Shown: in pieces, positions 25,809-36,555 of the stretch | Numbering within the stretch: the first letter of the stretch is position 1 | How the letters are laid out: every line of letters starts with the position of its first letter | Source: a virus | Virus record (IMG/VR): IMGVR_UViG_3300047548_000777 | Coordinates: 13,592-77,591 of that record | Length of the DNA stretch: 64,000 nucleotides | Strand: one strand, 5' to 3' | Notes under the pieces: model-generated | What the model saw: the letters and a program-made list of their open reading frames with translations, nothing else | The model's database searches: none | What the model was told of the DNA's origin: nothing | Made by a program: the position numbers and the translations under genes

Positions 25809-28800
25809 TTAAGTCAGCTCGATCAATTGTCTTTCAGCTTTGATTACCGTTTTTCTAACTGTACCAATTGGGAGCTTACTATTTGTAATAGTAGTATTAC
25901 CTTGAGGAGATACAATCAATCTCACATTGGTTGCCGTGGTGTCTGCGCTAAATGCCGCTACGGTTCCGTTAGTTTCTAACGTTGCATATTCTGTAATATA
26001 GATATTAGGAGTTCCGGTGATAATTGCACTTGATAACGGAATAGTTGGAACCGAACTAACTCTGAACGAAGTTGAACTAATAATTTCTGTAACAAATGTA
26101 TTAGATTCAAATACGCCTGTTGAAGAGTCCGAGGTTACTACTACGCCCATTCCAGGGTATAGGTTTGTTGTGCTGTTTACTGTTATCACATCTGCTGCAT
26201 TTGATGCTGATGCAGTTGAAACGTAATTTCCAACCAGTGTTCCTCTAATAGTTGCAGCGGTTAATGCCGTAGTTGGAGCATTGCTTAGTGTAATTGAAGT
26301 ATCTGTTACAAAACTTTCTACTGTTGTTCCAGCAGGTAGTGCACCAGTACCATCTACTACAACTACTGTCATACCTACATAAACACCTGCTGTACTGGTC
26401 ACCGGTAAAGTTGCGGTATTACTAGTTACTCCGGAAATTGTGAATACCGGAGCATCTGTAGTTAATAGAATCTCGGAAGTTTGAGTTCTAGTAGAAGTAG
26501 TACCGACTTGAGTGGCTTGAATTGTATACTTGGCAGACCTATACATACCCCAGTTAAACCCAAGATCAAAAATTTGATTAGTTGCAAGTGTAGTAAACTC
26601 TTTCGATATGGTGTTAACTTCTTGAATACGATTTAATATCCATTCTGCAGTTACTACTTCAGTTCCAGTTGCATTTATATTTGGGCTTGTACCTAGTTTA
26701 ACGACTCCGTTTCCACTAGAAATTGTAGTACCACCGATTACAACTTCGCCAGTTACTGCTGGGAATACTTCTGCTTTTCCTGTAGTTACATCGGTAGTTA
26801 ACTTAACTGTGCCTTCTGGCGTGCTTCCAATAGTTAATGTATTTCCTGTTACTGCACCACCAAATTTTAAGGTACTTGCCGCAGCAGTTGCTGCAGTTGC
26901 AATATTAACTGTTCTTGCAGCAGTGCCAGTATTGGCAATAGTTACGGTTGCCGCATTAGCAGAATAATTAGTTGTTCCTGTTATTGTTGGGAACACATTA
27001 CCTACAGATGCAGCATTAGTTGCATCGAATGTAGCATTACCGGCTGAGCCAGTATTAATAGCAATACGGTTTGTGCCAGTAGTAGTTAATCCACCATAGG
27101 TTAATGTATTATTATTATTACCAGTTGCGCCTGCAATAGTTAATGTAGTTGCCGAAGTAGTAGTATTTTGTAAAGTAACAGTTGTTGCATTTTCTGCAAG
27201 TTTTACTGTTCCAGAAGTTGTAGTCGGGAACAATGCAGCAGTAACCCCAGAAGTGTTTGTATCAAAGGAAGCTACACCACCAGTTGTGCCGCCTACTTTA
27301 ATCGAGTTAGTTCCAGATGTTATTGCTCCACCAAACAGCATTGTGCTAGCAGCCGAAGATCCTGTAGCAATTTGTACTGATTTTGCAGCAGTTCCTGCAT
27401 TAGTTAGTTGGAGTGTTGCTGCATTGTTACCGACCGAAACTACTCCAGTAACTGATGGGAATACCGTTGCACTACCTGAAGTTACATTAGTGGTAATTGT
27501 TGCAATTCCACTGGCATCGTTTCCGCTGACTGATAAAATGGCATTTCCAGTTTCTGCACCTATTTTTACAGTAGTTGCGGCTCCTCCAAGGTTTACTGTG
27601 CCAGTTACGCTAGTGAATACGTTGGCAACGCCTGAAGTTACACCAGTTTCAAGATTGACTGTACCAGTCCCGGTACTTTCGATTTTTAATCTGTTATTCG
27701 AAGTTAACCCACCGAATTTTAGTATACTAGCAGCATCAGTTGCCGAGGTCGCAATGTCGATAGTTCTGCCAGCCGTACCAATATTTGCAATATTTACATC
27801 AGTTGCGCCATCGAATAAGTTACCAGTTGCAACGCTTGCAAACACGTTTGCAGTTGTGACACCGATAGTAGTTCTTAGTGTAACCGTTCCTGTAGTAGAG
27901 TTTCCTACTAATTCTAGTACGCTGTTTCCAGTATTTTTACCAACACTAATTACTGTGCCTGCTTCCCCGATGTTTATAGAAGTTGCACTTCTAAACGCAT
28001 TTACTGTAGTCGGTTGATTTAATAATTCGAAAGTAGTTGCTGTGGAAGTTATGTCTCCCCCGTTTACAGCTAAATCTCCACCTAGTAATGTGTTACCAGC
28101 TTCAACCTGTATTGCGTAAGGATTTGTTATTGTTACGTTACTACCAGCTAACGGAGCATTGCTAATGTACAAACTTGCGGCACTAGAGTATGTTACACCA
28201 GTATTCACAGAACCAATTGTTTGCTGATCTATTCGTGCAATAGCTCCTTGAGTTACAGTTCCACTAGCTACAGTATCTATATCGTAAAAACTATTAGTTG
28301 GAATCTTTAATGCTACACCAGAGGTTAGGTCCACTGCACTTGCAGTCATCTCTGGACTGGCAATAAATGTTCCGGCTTTTATTGCCCCATAGCTTCCGGA
28401 GAATGTACTTGCAGCACTTTCTTGTCCATCTTTATAGAACTCAAATATACCGTCGTTATTGCTCACACCGCTGAATGCGTAACGCTGGTCAATAATAATC
28501 AATCCAGTCTGAGTGATGTTTGATGCCGGATCGCTAGGTAATGTTATATTAAATGCGCCACTTGCTGCATTGCTGATAACAAAAGTACCATTATAAACTT
28601 CAGGCAAGTTATTTGTTAAGGTAACAACATCACCGTCGGTTAGTGCTGGACCTGTATAGTTAATTGTTGCAACTGCTCCAGCATATGTTCCGCTAGAAAC
28701 TTCAAGTTGTGTAACTCTGGTAACAGTACCTAACGCACCTGTTGTAATTACAGAACTAGATAACGAGCTTGCAAAGCTAACACTGTTAGATGTGCTATTA

Positions 28801-30263
28801 GTAACTTTATACGTTCCGTTAAATCCTACAGGGTCAACACCGCTTACTGTTATTATCTGCCCAATGTTAAATTGATAGTTTGAACCTACTGTTAAGGTAG
28901 CAGTTCCACCAGAAGCAGTTCCACCTGTTACAACAACAGAATCTCCAGCAGCTTTGTAATAATTGTATTTGACACCGATGTCATATCCATCATCTACTGT
29001 TAGATATCCAGTTAGAGGTTTATGTAAATCTATGACGCTATCTTTAATACTTGTATTTGTGGTATTAACTATAGTTTGGCTACCTTTAACAATTAAATTA
29101 CCAACAACAGTTAAGTCATGATTAATTGTAGTAGTTCCGATTGCATCACCGATATTAACTTGTGTTGCATCACCACCAATGTTTAATGTGGTAACACCAG
29201 AATTTACTAAGTTATACGTAGTAATTCCAGTACCTTGTAATAAACTAGTACCGTTAGTTCCAGTTCCGCCGTTTTCTGGAGGTAAAATTCCATTGATATG
29301 GCTCACACCATAAACCGTACCATCTAATTCAACCTTACCGTAGAAAGGCGCGGTTGTAAGCCCTCCTGAAAGTAAAACACTACCTATTGCAACATCATTG
29401 AGCCCTTCTAGATCCGTAGGAGTAGAGGCATAAATAACATCTCCAGGAGTATATGCTTTACCAGTTATACCATTGTTACTTGCTAATAATGTTGCTGCAG
29501 TAGTATACCATTTATTATCACTTGCTGCAATAAATTCTACTGCAGTATAATTATTCATAGTATAAGCATTATTTGCCGATAGGCTGTTAATGCTTGTATT
29601 TGAATTTCCTGCTCTAACCGTTGCACCACTCAGTAGTGATTCCGACGGAACTTTATCAACTGCAAATGTAGTTCCGCTTAAAATACTAGTAACTGTCGTA
29701 TTTGGTTGGAATAATCCTGTACCGGTTATTACGGTAACTTTCATTCCAGGAAATAACCCATTAGTGGTATTAACAGTAACCGTTGTTCCTGAACTAGATA
29801 CTACTGTCACATCAGAAGGTGACGATAATGGATATACCGCAATAGGATTAAGGCTTGCATTAACTATACGAACCTTTCTTCCGGTAACTGCTGGCGGAAG
29901 CCTAATGCCATTGTAAGGTTCTACATCGTTAGTGGAATTTATTATTACTGAATTATCTTTTGTTACAACAGTGCTATCTAACTGACTTGTACCGGTTGCT
30001 TCAATTCCAACTTCGGTTTTTGATAGCATTGTTGAATCTGTATAAGCAACCGTTCTTCGAACCAGAGCTGCTAAGTCTCCGCTGAAAGTTCCATTGGTAG
30101 ATTTCTCAGAAACATATAAATTATATCCATCCCATTCAACAGATCCTGAAGCTAGATCAGGTAAATTTGTGCCTTCTTGAAAAGTTAATGGTGCGTGAGT
30201 ACCATCACTAGCGGGTAAATTTACACCAGTCCTTACTAGAAATTGCTTATTAATTGTTGACAT
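25809..30263 (-). CDS. Long Thr/Gly-rich tail fibre / baseplate appendage protein
   Basis: 1484 aa of beta-rich repeats. C-terminal SAKY.IQ....Q.SEI and ITEYA domain. Confidence 0.75.
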   Translation of the reverse strand: MSTINKQFLVRTGVNLPASDGTHAPLTFQEGTNLPDLASGSVEWDGYNLYVSEKSTNGTFSGDLAALVRRTVAYTDSTMLSKTEVGIEATGTSQLDSTVVTKDNSVIINSTNDVEPYNGIRLPPAVTGRKVRIVNASLNPIAVYPLSSPSDVTVVSSSGTTVTVNTTNGLFPGMKVTVITGTGLFQPNTTVTSILSGTTFAVDKVPSESLLSGATVRAGNSNTSINSLSANNAYTMNNYTAVEFIAASDNKWYTTAATLLASNNGITGKAYTPGDVIYASTPTDLEGLNDVAIGSVLLSGGLTTAPFYGKVELDGTVYGVSHINGILPPENGGTGTNGTSLLQGTGITTYNLVNSGVTTLNIGGDATQVNIGDAIGTTTINHDLTVVGNLIVKGSQTIVNTTNTSIKDSVIDLHKPLTGYLTVDDGYDIGVKYNYYKAAGDSVVVTGGTASGGTATLTVGSNYQFNIGQIITVSGVDPVGFNGTYKVTNSTSNSVSFASSLSSSVITTGALGTVTRVTQLEVSSGTYAGAVATINYTGPALTDGDVVTLTNNLPEVYNGTFVISNAASGAFNITLPSDPASNITQTGLIIIDQRYAFSGVSNNDGIFEFYKDGQESAASTFSGSYGAIKAGTFIASPEMTASAVDLTSGVALKIPTNSFYDIDTVASGTVTQGAIARIDQQTIGSVNTGVTYSSAASLYISNAPLAGSNVTITNPYAIQVEAGNTLLGGDLAVNGGDITSTATTFELLNQPTTVNAFRSATSINIGEAGTVISVGKNTGNSVLELVGNSTTGTVTLRTTIGVTTANVFASVATGNLFDGATDVNIANIGTAGRTIDIATSATDAASILKFGGLTSNNRLKIESTGTGTVNLETGVTSGVANVFTSVTGTVNLGGAATTVKIGAETGNAILSVSGNDASGIATITTNVTSGSATVFPSVTGVVSVGNNAATLQLTNAGTAAKSVQIATGSSAASTMLFGGAITSGTNSIKVGGTTGGVASFDTNTSGVTAALFPTTTSGTVKLAENATTVTLQNTTTSATTLTIAGATGNNNNTLTYGGLTTTGTNRIAINTGSAGNATFDATNAASVGNVFPTITGTTNYSANAATVTIANTGTAARTVNIATAATAAASTLKFGGAVTGNTLTIGSTPEGTVKLTTDVTTGKAEVFPAVTGEVVIGGTTISSGNGVVKLGTSPNINATGTEVVTAEWILNRIQEVNTISKEFTTLATNQIFDLGFNWGMYRSAKYTIQATQVGTTSTRTQTSEILLTTDAPVFTISGVTSNTATLPVTSTAGVYVGMTVVVVDGTGALPAGTTVESFVTDTSITLSNAPTTALTAATIRGTLVGNYVSTASASNAADVITVNSTTNLYPGMGVVVTSDSSTGVFESNTFVTEIISSTSFRVSSVPTIPLSSAIITGTPNIYITEYATLETNGTVAAFSADTTATNVRLIVSPQGNTTITNSKLPIGTVRKTVIKAERQLIELT

Positions 30264-30284
30264 TGTCCACTCCTATATCCTTAT

Positions 30285-33200
30285 TTATGCTCTAAATTTA
30301 AATGTACTTACTCTAGTTGCGTTGACTGAGAAAGGCGTATATACTAGTTCTACATTTGACCCTGAAATTCTACTAGAAAAAACTCCCAGCAGCTGGCTGG
30401 TATGCACGATGCCATACTCACTGGTGTTAATATCTACCCCATTGTGTACCAACATAATTTCCTGTCCAGATACCTGGTTTGTTACTGTATCCTTAACTCT
30501 CACAATATACTTTGCTAGATTATGGTCAGCTAGTGCAAACGAATCAATGACCGTTGCATTAGCATTTAAAATCTCTATTTCTGAAGTTGTCGTATTAAAT
30601 TGATTTGCAACCACTTCACTAAACGATGCCTTTGCGGGGGTTGTCTCTCCTATAACAGTTCCATCAATGTTACCACCGGTAATAGCTACCTTAGGACTTA
30701 CAAGATTTACATTCATGGTCCCGATATTACCAGTTACCACATTATTTGTAATTCCTGAACTAGGTATGTAAGTTAACGCATCCAATGATCTAATGTATCC
30801 AAAGAATCCCTGTCGAACTAATAGGACCACAGTAGCATTTGATGTATAAGTTCCTGGTATCGCCGTCGGTGTTATTGAAATATTAAAACTAGTGCTAGTT
30901 GGGTCTGCTGCAGTGACTTTCCATTTTCCATTAAAGATTGTATTCGTCGATCCTGCGATGATAACCGAATCATTAGTAGTTATTTTAGCATTGCTAACAG
31001 TCGTATTTAAATTAACCGATGTAGTATTAGATATACCGTTTGAAGTTAGGACTATACTGTTGATTAGTGCTGCCAAGTTCGTATGATCGTTGTATTTTAT
31101 ACCGTAATCTACGGAACTAGGTATGCTAATTTGTTCAGGACCAAATCTAACAATAGAGTTTCCAATAATTAATTCATCTTTAACAGTTAAATCGTGTTCT
31201 ACAGTAACCATTCCCGGTTCAATAGTAAAAGCTAACTGCTCTTTAGGATAGAACTCCAGTTTTCCAGTTGCATCGTTGGTTCCAGTTGTGTAAGTTGTAA
31301 ACTTAGCGCTAGAAAAATTAGTTGCTGCAATGCTATTAGTTGTGATTCTTAATGTGTTAGTTTCGTTATATCCAATATCTAACGTAGGATGCAAAGTGTA
31401 AGTACTATCAAAAATATTAACATCTTTGTTTAAATTTTTAATATTGGGTTGGGTTTCTGTAACAATGGTTCCGTCGATACTGGTAAAATAACCAGTTTTC
31501 CATTTGCTAGTAGATTTTCCAAAGTCAATACTGTTAGATAGTTCTGGAATAACTGAGGCATTACCGGTTACACCAAACACCAAATCCTGATTTAAAGATT
31601 GATTCTTTATAAGATTAAGATCAAGTTTGATGTTGTCGACTGTCAATTCAGTCAATGTGCCCACCCGTGTTATCGTAGTCTGAGTTGGATTGGAAACTGT
31701 TGCAGCCGATCCTGTGGCATTACCGTTTAATGTTCCATAGAAATTCGGAGACGTTACACTGGTTCCTACATTTAATCGTTTTTCAATGCCAACACCACCC
31801 TCAACAATCAATGCACCTGTATCTTTACTTGTGCTTTCAAGAGTCGATGATATAACAACTGCCCCAGTGCCTGTAGTTTTTAATATAATATTGGCATCAG
31901 CATCTACGTTAGATATAGTGTCTGATGTAATATTAATATCACCGATCGTTGCAGATAATGCCGCACCCCCTCCGCCCGCCACAAAGTCAACATACGCTTT
32001 TGTTGCGGCATCTTGTGCACTAACAGGGGTTGCTAAATTAGAAATGATGGTGTTGGATAAATCAACTACACCAGTTCCGTTGGGATTAATAACAATATCT
32101 TGATCAGTCCCTATGCTTATTAGACTATTTCCAATTATACGTAAACTATCTATAGTAGTAGGACCAGTTACGATACCACCTGCTAAATTTAAATAGTTAT
32201 TTTCTAAATATTGTACTATTGCTGTCTGCGTAGGAGCTGTATAATCATCTGTAAACCCAGTTGAAGAAATTAAACTAGAGTTGTTGCTAATTTCTTTTAG
32301 CTGAACACCTACTGGAACCCCATTTCTAATCAAAGGACCCAATGCACTTATATTAGATAAGTTAAAGTTACTAGCATCAATGGTGGAAGTTCCAGTTAAT
32401 TGATTTATTTCTAGAACATCCCCAATTTTAAAAATTCCCGAATCAGATAAGGTTGAGAAAAATATCTTACCATAATTTGTTTCAGTAATTTCATTTAATG
32501 CATTTGGAGATCCGCCGTTTTCTGGAAGTGCATGAAGTGTGACACCAGAGCCAACATACTTAAATCCATGTCCATTTGCTGAAATCTTACTACCAAGGTA
32601 GAAGTTAACCTGGGTTCCTGTTTCTGCAAACAATGGTCTTGGAACTAGTGATATCAAACTATTTGTAACAACCAACGGAGTTGCTGCCGAAATATAATAC
32701 TTACTAGAATCACCCACCAACTCTAACAGCGTGCCTGTAATCGGACGAGAAAGCATGGTCCCTATGTTTAATTGTCCTACACCACTTAATTCCACACTGG
32801 TAGTGGCTTCTGTTGTTGGAGATCCTCCAGTAAGCGTTACGGACGGGACTGTTTTATATCCATAACCAGGTTCAATAATCGTTATTTGTGTCACTATTCC
32901 TGCATCTATTACAGATGTAGCAGTAGCTTGTGTTCCAATATATTCTAGTGTGGTTGTACCGTCAACTTCAGAGCCAGATGTATGTGCTGGGGGGACCATT
33001 CCAGTGGTACCAGCAATTATAACTTTATAAAAGTTTCCATTACTAGTTAATGTTTGCTCTATTGTATATACTGTATCCGGTTCCCAAGAGACACCTCCAG
33101 CAATCGGAGGATCAATGGAAACTGATGGCGCTTCACTGTATCCACTTCCACCACCAGTTACATTTATTAACGCGACAAAACTGTACTCGCTCTGGCTTAC

Positions 33201-34178
33201 TATTGCATTAGTTTTATAAGGAACCGAAGAAAATCCATTTGCAATGAGTCCATTAATACCGTATTCAGTAGTACACGCAGATGCTTCTATAAATCCGCCC
33301 GATTCTGTCTTTAAAGATTCATAACAAAATTTGGTGACAACACCATTTGCCAGTATATATGCACCGTTTGATGCTGTTAGTCCATATCCGCCCTGGCTCT
33401 CAACAACTAATCTATCTACAATTACGGTTTTAATTGTTGAATTGCTAGAGAATCTAGAACCGTCGACGTTAACACCACCGCCTGCACCGGCAACATCAAT
33501 GCGTTTGCTGACGTTTGGTACATCTGAATTTTTTATTAAAGGGAGTGCGCCCGGTGTGATTGCTGGATTCTGAACTGTCTTTTTAGGAATAAACAGTGTA
33601 CCGTCAGCTAAGAAAGGTCCTGTAATTACCGTACAATTTCTTACTATCGGAGATTCTGTAACTACAGCGCCTACTGCAATTGCAAACGCATATCCAGGAG
33701 CTCTATGGTTTTTTATTTTAACATCTTGTACTAAACAAGCATTATTAAGGTGAAAAATATCTAGAGTAGGATTTGCCGGTATAACGGTACAGTCCTGTCC
33801 TATTATTGTTATTTCGTTATCTAATTTTAAAGGATTTAATTCTTTATAAACCCCACTAGAAACTATGATAGCCGTTCCTGGAATGGCTGCTGATAGCGCT
33901 GATCTAATCGTAAGCTTAGATTCAACTATTGAAGATCCGGTATTTTTATCATCACCGCCCTTGCTAACATAAATGACGTTTTTTACAGGCCTAGAAATTA
34001 AGTCATCCTGGCTAATCCATTTTGTGCTGCCATCGAGTCTAGCAATTAGTACACTGTTATCTACACTAGGTTTCCCTAGTGCAGGTTGTGCTTCAGTTAA
34101 CGAAATAAATTCGTACCTAGAAGATTCTAAATCTTCCAAAGGAGTTACTTTTGTTTTTCCACTTAATAAATTAGGCAT
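30285..34178 (-). CDS. Large virion structural protein (beta-helix-type N-terminal region, baseplate/fibre-associated)
   Basis: NVIYVSKGGDD.N.G, GVY.E.NPL, GGSGY..AP.V.I and A.DAATK.YVD motifs. C-terminal AKY.V...Q EI.LVH.G...SEYG domain. Confidence 0.7.
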   Translation of the reverse strand: MPNLLSGKTKVTPLEDLESSRYEFISLTEAQPALGKPSVDNSVLIARLDGSTKWISQDDLISRPVKNVIYVSKGGDDKNTGSSIVESKLTIRSALSAAIPGTAIIVSSGVYKELNPLKLDNEITIIGQDCTVIPANPTLDIFHLNNACLVQDVKIKNHRAPGYAFAIAVGAVVTESPIVRNCTVITGPFLADGTLFIPKKTVQNPAITPGALPLIKNSDVPNVSKRIDVAGAGGGVNVDGSRFSSNSTIKTVIVDRLVVESQGGYGLTASNGAYILANGVVTKFCYESLKTESGGFIEASACTTEYGINGLIANGFSSVPYKTNAIVSQSEYSFVALINVTGGGSGYSEAPSVSIDPPIAGGVSWEPDTVYTIEQTLTSNGNFYKVIIAGTTGMVPPAHTSGSEVDGTTTLEYIGTQATATSVIDAGIVTQITIIEPGYGYKTVPSVTLTGGSPTTEATTSVELSGVGQLNIGTMLSRPITGTLLELVGDSSKYYISAATPLVVTNSLISLVPRPLFAETGTQVNFYLGSKISANGHGFKYVGSGVTLHALPENGGSPNALNEITETNYGKIFFSTLSDSGIFKIGDVLEINQLTGTSTIDASNFNLSNISALGPLIRNGVPVGVQLKEISNNSSLISSTGFTDDYTAPTQTAIVQYLENNYLNLAGGIVTGPTTIDSLRIIGNSLISIGTDQDIVINPNGTGVVDLSNTIISNLATPVSAQDAATKAYVDFVAGGGGAALSATIGDINITSDTISNVDADANIILKTTGTGAVVISSTLESTSKDTGALIVEGGVGIEKRLNVGTSVTSPNFYGTLNGNATGSAATVSNPTQTTITRVGTLTELTVDNIKLDLNLIKNQSLNQDLVFGVTGNASVIPELSNSIDFGKSTSKWKTGYFTSIDGTIVTETQPNIKNLNKDVNIFDSTYTLHPTLDIGYNETNTLRITTNSIAATNFSSAKFTTYTTGTNDATGKLEFYPKEQLAFTIEPGMVTVEHDLTVKDELIIGNSIVRFGPEQISIPSSVDYGIKYNDHTNLAALINSIVLTSNGISNTTSVNLNTTVSNAKITTNDSVIIAGSTNTIFNGKWKVTAADPTSTSFNISITPTAIPGTYTSNATVVLLVRQGFFGYIRSLDALTYIPSSGITNNVVTGNIGTMNVNLVSPKVAITGGNIDGTVIGETTPAKASFSEVVANQFNTTTSEIEILNANATVIDSFALADHNLAKYIVRVKDTVTNQVSGQEIMLVHNGVDINTSEYGIVHTSQLLGVFSSRISGSNVELVYTPFSVNATRVSTFKFRA

Positions 34179-36540
34179 TTGCAGTCTCTAGTATACTTAA
34201 GGTAATTTTTAAAGCGCCTGAACGGCTAGCATATGCTATCACGCTGTCAAAGCTTTCTAAAATCATTTTTCCGTTAATTACGGTTGCTGAATCGTTTGGA
34301 GGTACAGTGAATTCTTTTACCAGTTCTGTTAACGTGTCTCCTGCTTGATATCCATTTTGTGTAGACGGGTCAGCGAATACCGGTAGGCGTCGATAGTGTC
34401 CGAACGTAACTTTTGCTGCGGTATCTGACACGTTGGCTACCTGTGCCATTAGTATAATTGCAGTAATGCCAGGTGGTGCTGTGTAAATTTTGGTAGTATT
34501 AGGGGTATTCAGCGACTTTAGATATGCAACTGCTTCTGCAACTAAGAAATCTCTATTTGCTAATAGCAGATCAAATGCTTTGTTAATTTTAGGATCTGTT
34601 GATAGTCCAGTTAAATCAATCGGTGCTGCAGCGCCAGGTGCTGCACTTGGGCCAGCGCTTATAATACCGGTAATAATATCTATTTTCTGATTAATCTGCG
34701 TAAGAATATAGCCGTCTGTTGAGTCTATATATGCCGCAGGTAAGTTAGTAACCTGCAGTACTTCGGTTTGTAACGGTGTTGGGAATTTTGTCAAGGAAAC
34801 AATGCTTGCAATAACATCTTTTAAGTAGTTATATGCATTTACTGTATCAACTTTTTCAGTAGGAACAAGGCTAATTGTTGCACTGTGATCATAGTAGTAC
34901 ACCCCTGCTTGAACAGCCTGCCTGTTTCCTCCCCACAAAATATCAAAACGTATACAATCAACAATATATCCTACATCTCTTGAACATAATGAAACATCAT
35001 AGCTAAAAGATCCACGAGTTTGGCTGTCAACAAATGCAACTACTTCAGCAGCTAAGAAGTCTCGATTAGCTAACAGCATTCTATATGCATTTTCTCTATC
35101 TCGATCTGCGGTATAGTTAACATTGATAGCTTCCCTAACACTGGTGTCAGGGCCGTTTTCAATCATGCCAGTAATAATGTCAATTTTAGTTTTAGCAATT
35201 TCAGAGTTATTTAATGTACCAGGAGGAAGGTTAGTTCTTTGTTTAACTGCTGTTTGATACTTTCCTGCAACTGGGTTGCCCTCTATTACTTCATCTAATA
35301 TTGATCGTAAGTAATTGAATGCGGTGACTGCTACAGATCGCTGTGTAGGGAATACGCTGGTAGTTGTAGAAAATCCATAATAGTAGACCCCGGCTTGTAT
35401 ACTCTGACGATTTCCGCCGAATAATAGGTCAAAGCTAACACTATCTATAATATACCCGGCATCTCTGAAACATTTTTCTTGATCGTAGGTAAACCCATCC
35501 CAAATGCCTCCGAGACCAGTGTTATCAGAAATTTGTTTAGTAATCCATGCAATGACTTCTTCTTGTATAAAACGCTTATTATTTTGCAATAAAGTGTAAG
35601 CGTTAATAATACCTTCAATTTGTGATCTCTCTCCGTTAGGAATTACCTGATCTGTAACTGCACTGGTTCCTGCCGTAATAATACCGGTAATAACATCAAA
35701 TAATCCACCTACTAGTGTGACACTGGCTAGGTTACCTTCTGCATTATTTCCGATAAATTGCGATTCATCGTTGCCATCTGTTGGAATTACTTCAATATTT
35801 CGTATCACATTTTGTGCTACGGTTTTTATCCTAGCAATTGCAGCAAGGGTTTGTGCGCTTTGGTCCGGAACTTGTGTCGAACCTTGGCTCCAATATTGTA
35901 ATCCTGAAAAGATACTTTGAGTCGAACCATCAGTTAGCAAGTCGAAGGCAATAGAGTCTACTATTAACCGAGTATCTCTTGCGCAATCTGTTTTATTATA
36001 ACTAAATGTGTTAAACTGGCTATTTACGTAAGCAATAATTTCTGATTGTAAAAATCCTCTGTTTGCATACAAAATAGCTGCAGAATTTAATAAATCTGTA
36101 TCTGTAGTTTGTTCTTTATTCGGTTCAATAAGGTCTGTAACACCTTTAGTTCCGTTTTCGATAATTCTAGATATAAGATCGAATTCTGCTGCAATTTTTG
36201 ACTGTCCGTTAACTCCACCTGATGGTAAATCGACTATTTGCGTTTCACCGTTTCCTGGGGATACTGATACAGTCTGGTTAATCACTAGTTGTTTAGCAAC
36301 TTCTTTTGCTCGATCCAATGCCGCTAGTGTTTGCAAAGTTTCACCTGGAATTTTACTTGCACCCTGTGCCCAATATTGCAATCCAGAAAATCTCGACTGG
36401 GTTGTTCCAGAATATAAAATGTCGAATGCTATAGAATCTACAATTAGCCCGGTGTCCCTAGCGCAATTTGCAGCGTTATAAGTCGATGTGGTTAACACCG
36501 CAGTTTTTGTTTTAAATGTATTTAATGGTAGTAATGCCAT
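34171..36540 (-). CDS. Virion structural protein with four CxRD helical repeats
   Basis: Repeats NCARDTG, DCARDTR, KCFRDAG and LCSRDVG. C-terminal YTAPPG..AIILMAQVAN...LSILET domain. Confidence 0.7.
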   Translation of the reverse strand: MALLPLNTFKTKTAVLTTSTYNAANCARDTGLIVDSIAFDILYSGTTQSRFSGLQYWAQGASKIPGETLQTLAALDRAKEVAKQLVINQTVSVSPGNGETQIVDLPSGGVNGQSKIAAEFDLISRIIENGTKGVTDLIEPNKEQTTDTDLLNSAAILYANRGFLQSEIIAYVNSQFNTFSYNKTDCARDTRLIVDSIAFDLLTDGSTQSIFSGLQYWSQGSTQVPDQSAQTLAAIARIKTVAQNVIRNIEVIPTDGNDESQFIGNNAEGNLASVTLVGGLFDVITGIITAGTSAVTDQVIPNGERSQIEGIINAYTLLQNNKRFIQEEVIAWITKQISDNTGLGGIWDGFTYDQEKCFRDAGYIIDSVSFDLLFGGNRQSIQAGVYYYGFSTTTSVFPTQRSVAVTAFNYLRSILDEVIEGNPVAGKYQTAVKQRTNLPPGTLNNSEIAKTKIDIITGMIENGPDTSVREAINVNYTADRDRENAYRMLLANRDFLAAEVVAFVDSQTRGSFSYDVSLCSRDVGYIVDCIRFDILWGGNRQAVQAGVYYYDHSATISLVPTEKVDTVNAYNYLKDVIASIVSLTKFPTPLQTEVLQVTNLPAAYIDSTDGYILTQINQKIDIITGIISAGPSAAPGAAAPIDLTGLSTDPKINKAFDLLLANRDFLVAEAVAYLKSLNTPNTTKIYTAPPGITAIILMAQVANVSDTAAKVTFGHYRRLPVFADPSTQNGYQAGDTLTELVKEFTVPPNDSATVINGKMILESFDSVIAYASRSGALKITLSILETANA

Positions 36541-36555
36541 GTTGCTAAATCCTCT

